A DNA stretch of 63,460 nt, the filler included, from Guillardia theta CCMP2712 (taxonomy: Eukaryota; Protista; Cryptophyta): NCBI RefSeq assembly GCF_000315625.1. It is 5 parts of 5 records of this genome, joined end to end, with 100 filler letters (N's around TTAATTAATTAA, not from the genome) between each part and the next. Parts side by side here need not be neighbours in the genome. Positions count along the whole stretch, not along the records: positions 57,419 to 63,460 come from NW_005434210.1; 4 more parts are not named here. One strand, given 5' to 3'. The notes under the pieces are model-generated. The model made no database searches, had not been told where the DNA came from, and saw nothing but the letters and a program-made list of their open reading frames with translations. Shown in pieces: positions 57,419-63,460 of the stretch. Numbering within the stretch: the first letter of the stretch is position 1; each line of letters starts with the position of its first letter. Both the position numbers and the translations under genes were made by a program.

Positions 57419-58036
57419 AGAAGGAGGGGGGAAGGGGAGGAGGACGGGGAGGGATCAAGGCACAAGCTTGCTTGTGTGTAAAGTTTGTGATTGCTCGGCA
57501 TGTTTGACATGCGTGCTTGTGGATCAGAGCGGCAGGTGTCGGTGTAGATCGACGTGAAGTCACACCATGAGATTGTTTATCGGGAAACTTGAAGTTAATA
57601 TATAGCTTACAACACAAGTTACATGAGTGGCTTTCCTTGTCAACTTGATGTTCAGTCTCTCAGAAAGCTTCTCTGAGCCAGAGGTCGACCCAGATCGCTC
57701 GGCAGAGCTGAAAGCAGTTCCTGCTTGAAGCGTGTAGCAGGACCGACCATACGGTTGTCTTTCCCTGTCGATTCAAGAAGCTATCATATGTCAAGATGAC
57801 CACAACGGCTTTCAAGCGGCCGCGCTGAGATGACGCGATGGACAAACTGTCTGCGGCGTTGACGCTAGTTCCCGAATGCTTGGCCCTCGCAGTTAGGTCT
57901 ACAATACACATCATGTACATATTACCCTGACTTGTATGAAAAGTCTAAATGAAACATGACGTCACGATTGTCACTGTAATCTTTACTCCAGTCTCTCCCG
58001 ATTTCACCTTCACTTCTGACAACTTCGCCAACCGTC

Positions 58037-58913
58037 TCAATCCTCTTGCCTTCCCATGTACGACCAGATCAACCCCGGACTGAGCTGCTCCAGCCAGTCC
58101 GGACTCATGCCTTCGCCCTCCGTCCCTGTCACAACGCTCGCCATCTGCTCTCCCTCCTCCTCGCACCTACTCATCTCCCCCTCAAGATCTTCCAGCTCTT
58201 GGTTGGTTCCCACCTGATCCTGCTGAGACATCCAACTGGCTCCCTCCTCGCACCTCCTCTCCTCCCTCTTCCACACATCTTCCAGGTCCTCCCGCCTCTT
58301 CTCCCTTTTCCACACATCTTCCGGGTCCTTCCGCCCATGGCTTGACCCCGTCCTCGTCCCTTGTTCCTCCTCCTGCTCCTCCTTGACCTTCGCAGCCGCC
58401 CTCCCCTCCCCCTCCCCTCCCCGCCCATCTCCCCTGCGTCCTCTCTTCCTGGGCTTGCCCTGCTCCTCTCCCATAGCCCCCGGGTAGTGCCTGCTGCGTC
58501 CGGTCCCATCCCCTCCCTCCTCCTCTGCCAGCTTCTCCCTCCTCTCTCCGTCTGCCCTCTCCTCGACCTCCAGGGATCGCCCCGGCTCTCCCAGCTGGTC
58601 GCCGGGACCCGCTTCCTTGGCCGCCTCCACCCTCGCAATCTCTCCTGTGACGTGCGACCATGTCTTGCCGTCCCAGATGTCTCGCACCGTCTTGCCGCTC
58701 ACCCCGTGCATCCTCCCGATGAAGGCGCTCTCGAGCGACTTGGGCCCCGTGATGCTGGCTTTCTCCCCGTAGATCTTGAGCACGAGCTCGGGCCTCAGAC
58801 TTCTCCTTGCACGCGGCTCTGACGGGAGTGACGGGGGGGGGCTGGGAAGGAGCCTCGAGCTGTGCGGGGGCGAGAGGTGCTTCGAAGCTACTGTGAACCA
58901 TCTGCGGTATCAT
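58037..58913 (-). CDS. HTH-like DNA-binding protein (GVS.KTVRDIW.G.TW motif)
   Basis: LRPELVLKIY...IGRMHGVSGKTVRDIWDGKTWSHVT; joining to ATG ~58913 needs a 1-nt shift, probably in the G run at ~58834-58842. Confidence 0.55.
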
Positions 58914-60335
58914 GGAGGGAGCACAGGGGAGGAGGACAGAGGGGGGAGAGCAACGTGGAGAGACTGAGGGATATGGGAAGAGGGAGACAAGGGAGCGCTT
59001 GAAAGAGCGATCAGCAGATATGGTCATTCATGATGCTGCGTGGAAGTCGATTGGAAGATCTATGGCAATGTCAGTTGTTTGTTTGTCATGTTGCATTCAG
59101 CAAGGTTTTCATTTCCTACGAATCAGTTTTTTCAACATGTACATGTTATTTTCATCGATTTCTTTCTGTCTTTCATTCATTTCTTCTTGTCTATCAGCTG
59201 ACAATCAATCATCTTTACCTACCTTGATCTACCTCATCGTTCTACTCCATTCCCTGCATTCCCTGGCCCCATTCCCGGGCCCCGCGAATTGGTTCGTTTC
59301 ACCCACCCCCTTGAAACAAAGATATTCCCCTGGAAACAATATTACCCCCACCCCCTATTTCCCATCTCTTTACCCACCCTTTTTCCCTCAATTCTCCCAC
59401 CCCTGAAGGCACAAAAATTATCCCCCGACGAGGGAGGTAACAGCTCGACCACCCTCCTTGAAGCAGTAGATCGTACGGGTGCAGCGAAACCAAAAGTTGA
59501 TTTCAAAATTTATAAACATTTATAAATTCCTGGAACTATGACCCCCATAATTCCAATCAAATTCTGGTACTTAACGGGGTCCAAGTATGATTAAACAAAA
59601 TTAAAGTTTTCGCCACCATTTTGAAAGGACATTTGAAACAGATGCCTCTTTCCCGCCGGCCGGCCGGGCCGGAGGGACAGTAGTGGATGTCCGGTCGGAC
59701 GGTCACTGAGATAAAATTACTCAACAGAATGCAAGGAGGTCGACCTCAGAGTCGTACTGATTTTAACTTAACTTTGAGTAAAGCAGGAACCAAGTGAGCA
59801 GCCGCATCGAGGCGGAGCGGAGGAGGAGGCGGGTAGGAGGGCAAGGGGATGTGCAATGTGCGCATGCAGTTCTGGTAGAGATGATGGTGACATGCTGGGG
59901 AGGAAGGGGAGAGATGGACCTTGCTGCTTCTGTGTAGGAGGAGGACTGTGAAATATCTGTGTTCAGTGATGTCAGCTCCAGACGAAGGAGTAGACCGGTT
60001 GCAGGAACTAGGCAAGGGAAGCAGTTTGGTGAAGTAGATGCAGTGGCTGAAGGGGGGGGGGGGGGGGGGGGGAGAATTGACTGAGGTGATGATATGCTGA
60101 CGAGGGTGATGTTGGGGATGGGGATGTTGGTTTTGAGTTGGTTTTGAGCTGGATTGTGATCACGACGAAAAGAGACCGATGTGTAGAGATTGTCGTCGAT
60201 GGAATCATTCCTTTCTTTCTTGTAGTTTTGTCTCCATTGAATGCTTTCTTTCTCCTTTCGTACGATAGGACTAAGTGAGTTCCCGTGTTTCACAGACAAA
60301 CTTGGTTGATTATAGGAATGAAGTAGACCCAGCCC

Positions 60336-62284
60336 ATGGGCGCTTCTTATCGATTACGCCTTGTGGCATTGCTGCATGCTCTTACACTGGGACGCTCCTT
60401 CGTTGTCCTCGGGCCATCGGCTCGGTCGATCACGTCGGCCCAGAAGCTCTGGTCCTCTACCAGCGGGACTTGGAGCAGAGTTCACTTCAGTGCTGGTCTA
60501 GTGTGCAGGCAGCAAGGAGAAGAGAGTCATTGGAGGAAGAAGGTGCCTCTCTGAAGGAGCTGAAGGGAGGGGAGCATACTCTAACCCCCGTCCAACAGAC
60601 GGCTGATGTGATGGGAAGGAGGGCCTCGGCGCCGTCGGGTTACGTTGGGCCGGGGTTCCGGGTTGTTCGGTCGGTGGTGGAATGTGTATGAGATGATTGT
60701 TGAAACGTTTTGCAGGTGCTTCTCTCATCTTTCTCGCCGTGAAGCGGACAAGATCGTAGCGGCAAGTTTGCAGCGCAGCTTCGTCTCCTCTTGCTGTGGA
60801 GGAAGATTGAAGGGGGTCTGACATTTGGCACAGGAGGGCAGGGTGAAGGTGAATGGAAAGGTGGTTCCTCCCAGCTGGAGGTTGAATGGAGGAGACGTGC
60901 TGACTTTAGATGACAAGTACGACCTGTCGCGTGCATCTCGTGGTTGATGAGAACATGACAAGACGAGCAGACGGGTTGATTGGGAAAAGCTGGCGATAAC
61001 CAATGAAGACAGCAGCAAAGCGGAAGGGAACTATTTCATGTGAGTTGGGCGTCCTGTTGTGTCTGTTCTTGTCTGAAAGAGCGACGCGTGTGCGAAGTTA
61101 CAACAAACCGATGGGAGTTACATCAACCATGGACAAGAATGACCGTCGGTCTCTTGCAAACACTCTTGTCCCCGCGATGCTCAAAGTCTGTGGAGGTTGA
61201 GGAGGTTGTGGAGGAAATTCAATGGTATGCCAGAACGGGATCAACCTGAGAAACACCAAGATCTTTCCTGTCGGGAGGCAGGTGGAGTGGGAGTTGCTCC
61301 TAGACCTAACGGGATATCATACAGACTTGACGCTGACTCGTCTGGCTTGCTGCTGCTAACAGACAACGGGAGGTCTTGCCTTCACCGCCTCCTGTTCTCC
61401 AACATGCTCAAACGTTCCGCCAGGCTCGCAGACTCCATGCTGCAGCCAAGCAAGGGAAAGGAGAAGGAGTACGTCGTGATGGTATACTGAGAGAACTGAG
61501 ACTTCCGCAATGTCTCAACCATCGTCGACGTCCAGGTATCTCCAAGGATCAACGAGAACCATCTCAAGCAGCTCGCTGCGGGTGTCAACATAACTACGTT
61601 CCAGCAAAGAGACCCGGGAGTGAAGGTCAGCTCCTCCTCATTACAGCGCAGGGTTGATGGTCCTTTCAGAACTCCAACAAGACAAGGCCGTGCGTCGTCG
61701 AACGAGCCAACGAGGAAGACGTGAAGCGATTCGTTCACTTCAAGGTCTTCAGCGACCTGCAGAGGTTGCGGTCGAAGAGAGGGAGGGAGAACGAGCTGCT
61801 CCGTTTCGTCATTCACGTGATGCTAAGGCCTGTCCTCGGTCAAATTTGGGCTGAACGACTGGCGCGGCAGGAGGGGAGAAACCGGCAGATCAGGAAGATG
61901 TGCGAGGCCCTGGGCTATGAGGTCAGCAGGGCCCTGAGAGTTTTTCAGCTCCTCCTCTCACCACCTCCCTGCAGGTTGACTTTCTTCTCCGCGTTCGCTT
62001 CGGAGACGTGAGGAGCTGCGAGCGACTTGCCTACAAGTCACCACTGATTCCAGCACAGATCGAGCTGGGGAAGCTAGCGGTCGGCGAGTATAGGAGCTTG
62101 AGCGACGACGAACAGGCTCGGCTTCTTCCAACCACCAGAGGTAACGCATGACCAGCTTCAAGCCTCTTGTCCTCTGAGCTGCTCTCCAGCTAAGTGGTCA
62201 TGACAGTGCGGGGACTCCTTGGGGCTCGGGAGGGTCCCGGGCATCAAAGAGGCTGATCCCATTGGGAAGAGCAGAATGAAGTAA
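60336..62284 (+). CDS. RNA pseudouridine synthase, RsuA/RluB/E/F family with S4 domain; probable signal plus transit leader
   Basis: SRREADKIV/GRVKVNG (S4); YNKPMGVTST; RLDADSSGLLLLTDNG; KEKEYVV; EGRNRQIRKMCEALGYEV; hydrophobic N-terminus followed by S-F. Confidence 0.88.
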
Positions 62285-63460
62285 TTTCAGCCATGTGGAT
62301 CCCTCTACGACTAGCCCAGCTCCCTCCCTCCCTGCCGTCCCGAGCTGATGTCTCAGCAGTTCGTTTACGTCCTCTCATTCAGCGGTGCCTCTACCTGTCG
62401 AACGGCTCCTGGCAGCCGCGTTACATACCTGATGCTCCTGTAAGCTCTTGAGACGGCCTGGAAACGTCCACTCAGGTATCACAGAGTTGCTGGGGGTGAG
62501 TGAACTTCGGGAGTGAAGACACTGCTGGGACGAAGTTGCTCCTTGCAGCTCTCTCAATGTGAGAATGAAAGGGATGAGAATCTCAGTTGTGTCTCGACAT
62601 GCGGCAGATACAAGGTCGTCGGAATTGTGCTGACAAGGAGGTCGACTCAGGAAGACAAGTGTCAAAGAGAACACGAGTTGTTCTAGATCGTATTCTTACG
62701 TTACATAACTGCCACATGAGTGACCGCAGCGAGAGCTCTTAACGTCCTGTCTTAGTTGTACCATATCTCATCTCAACTTATCTTAGACTGACTGGATCTC
62801 ATTTTATCTTTTTTTTCTCTTGCATTGAAGTTGCTGCATCTCCCCTCCTCTCCTCTCCTCTCCTCTCCTCTCCTCTCCTCTTGCACTGATGTTGGTGCTA
62901 CCCTGCAGCCTCCTTTCTTTATCCGCGTGTCGCTCCAAGATGATGTTGCCTTGTCCTCGCATCAGCTCATGTCATCTGTGCCAGTCAGCCCATGCGGACG
63001 ACGCGCTTGATGTTAGGCTAGTTGTATTGCTGATGTCTTGCCTGCTGGACCTGTAGGAGGAGATTACGAATCTTCTCCTAAGCTCGCGATCACAGCTGCA
63101 GCTCGTCCCCCGTCGCCGCCTGAATCACCCGCCGCTCCTTGATGAGGCGTATGGCCCCTGCCAGCGCTTCCAGCTGCTGCTGAGCGCCTATGGACAACAT
63201 TTGGGACGAGATTGAGAAGAGGGAGGAAGGCACAGAGGATGAGAGAGAGAAAAAATGGAGGGAGGAAAATAGCAGGAAAAGAGTACAAGGAAGAAGATGA
63301 GTGGCCAAGATAGAAGGAGAGCGTAGATGGAAGAAACAAGAGGGAACAAGGAGGGAACTAGGAGGGAACTAGAGGGAGGAAACGAGTGGGAGGAAATCTA
63401 GAGGGAGGAGAGTAGAGGGAGAAGAGTGCGGGGAGGGCAGGCAGGATGCAGACGCGGGTA

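Overview
Eukaryotic nuclear DNA, most likely from a cryptophyte-like alga (inference from short microsatellite-filled GT-AG introns, TTTAGGG telomere repeats and a bipartite-leader protein). Four 100-bp N-TTAATTAATTAA-N spacers look like artificial concatenation linkers, so the window is probably five separate pieces. Four pieces carry host genes: a CCX/NCLX-type exchanger, two tandem double-Zn(II)2Cys6 factors, an arfaptin/BAR-like protein, FAN1, a PH-domain protein, MMACHC-like, an HTH protein and an RsuA/RluB/F-family pseudouridine synthase. The piece 21459-46280 looks like a chromosome end. It starts with a head-to-tail array of non-LTR retroelements, each separated by short (CCCTAAA)n tracts and joined to the repeat at the same phase. 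The array has two partner families that share only 3'-terminal motifs: a complete RRM-type ORF1-only element and a 5'-truncated element encoding degenerate RNase H, a Zn finger and a restriction-like endonuclease. The array is attached directly to a broken, AT-rich, virus-like fibre gene of about 2700 codons, itself split by a 2537-bp TIR element with no target-site duplication. Further in are a CDC7-like kinase fragment and the chromodomain Gypsy element that interrupts it.
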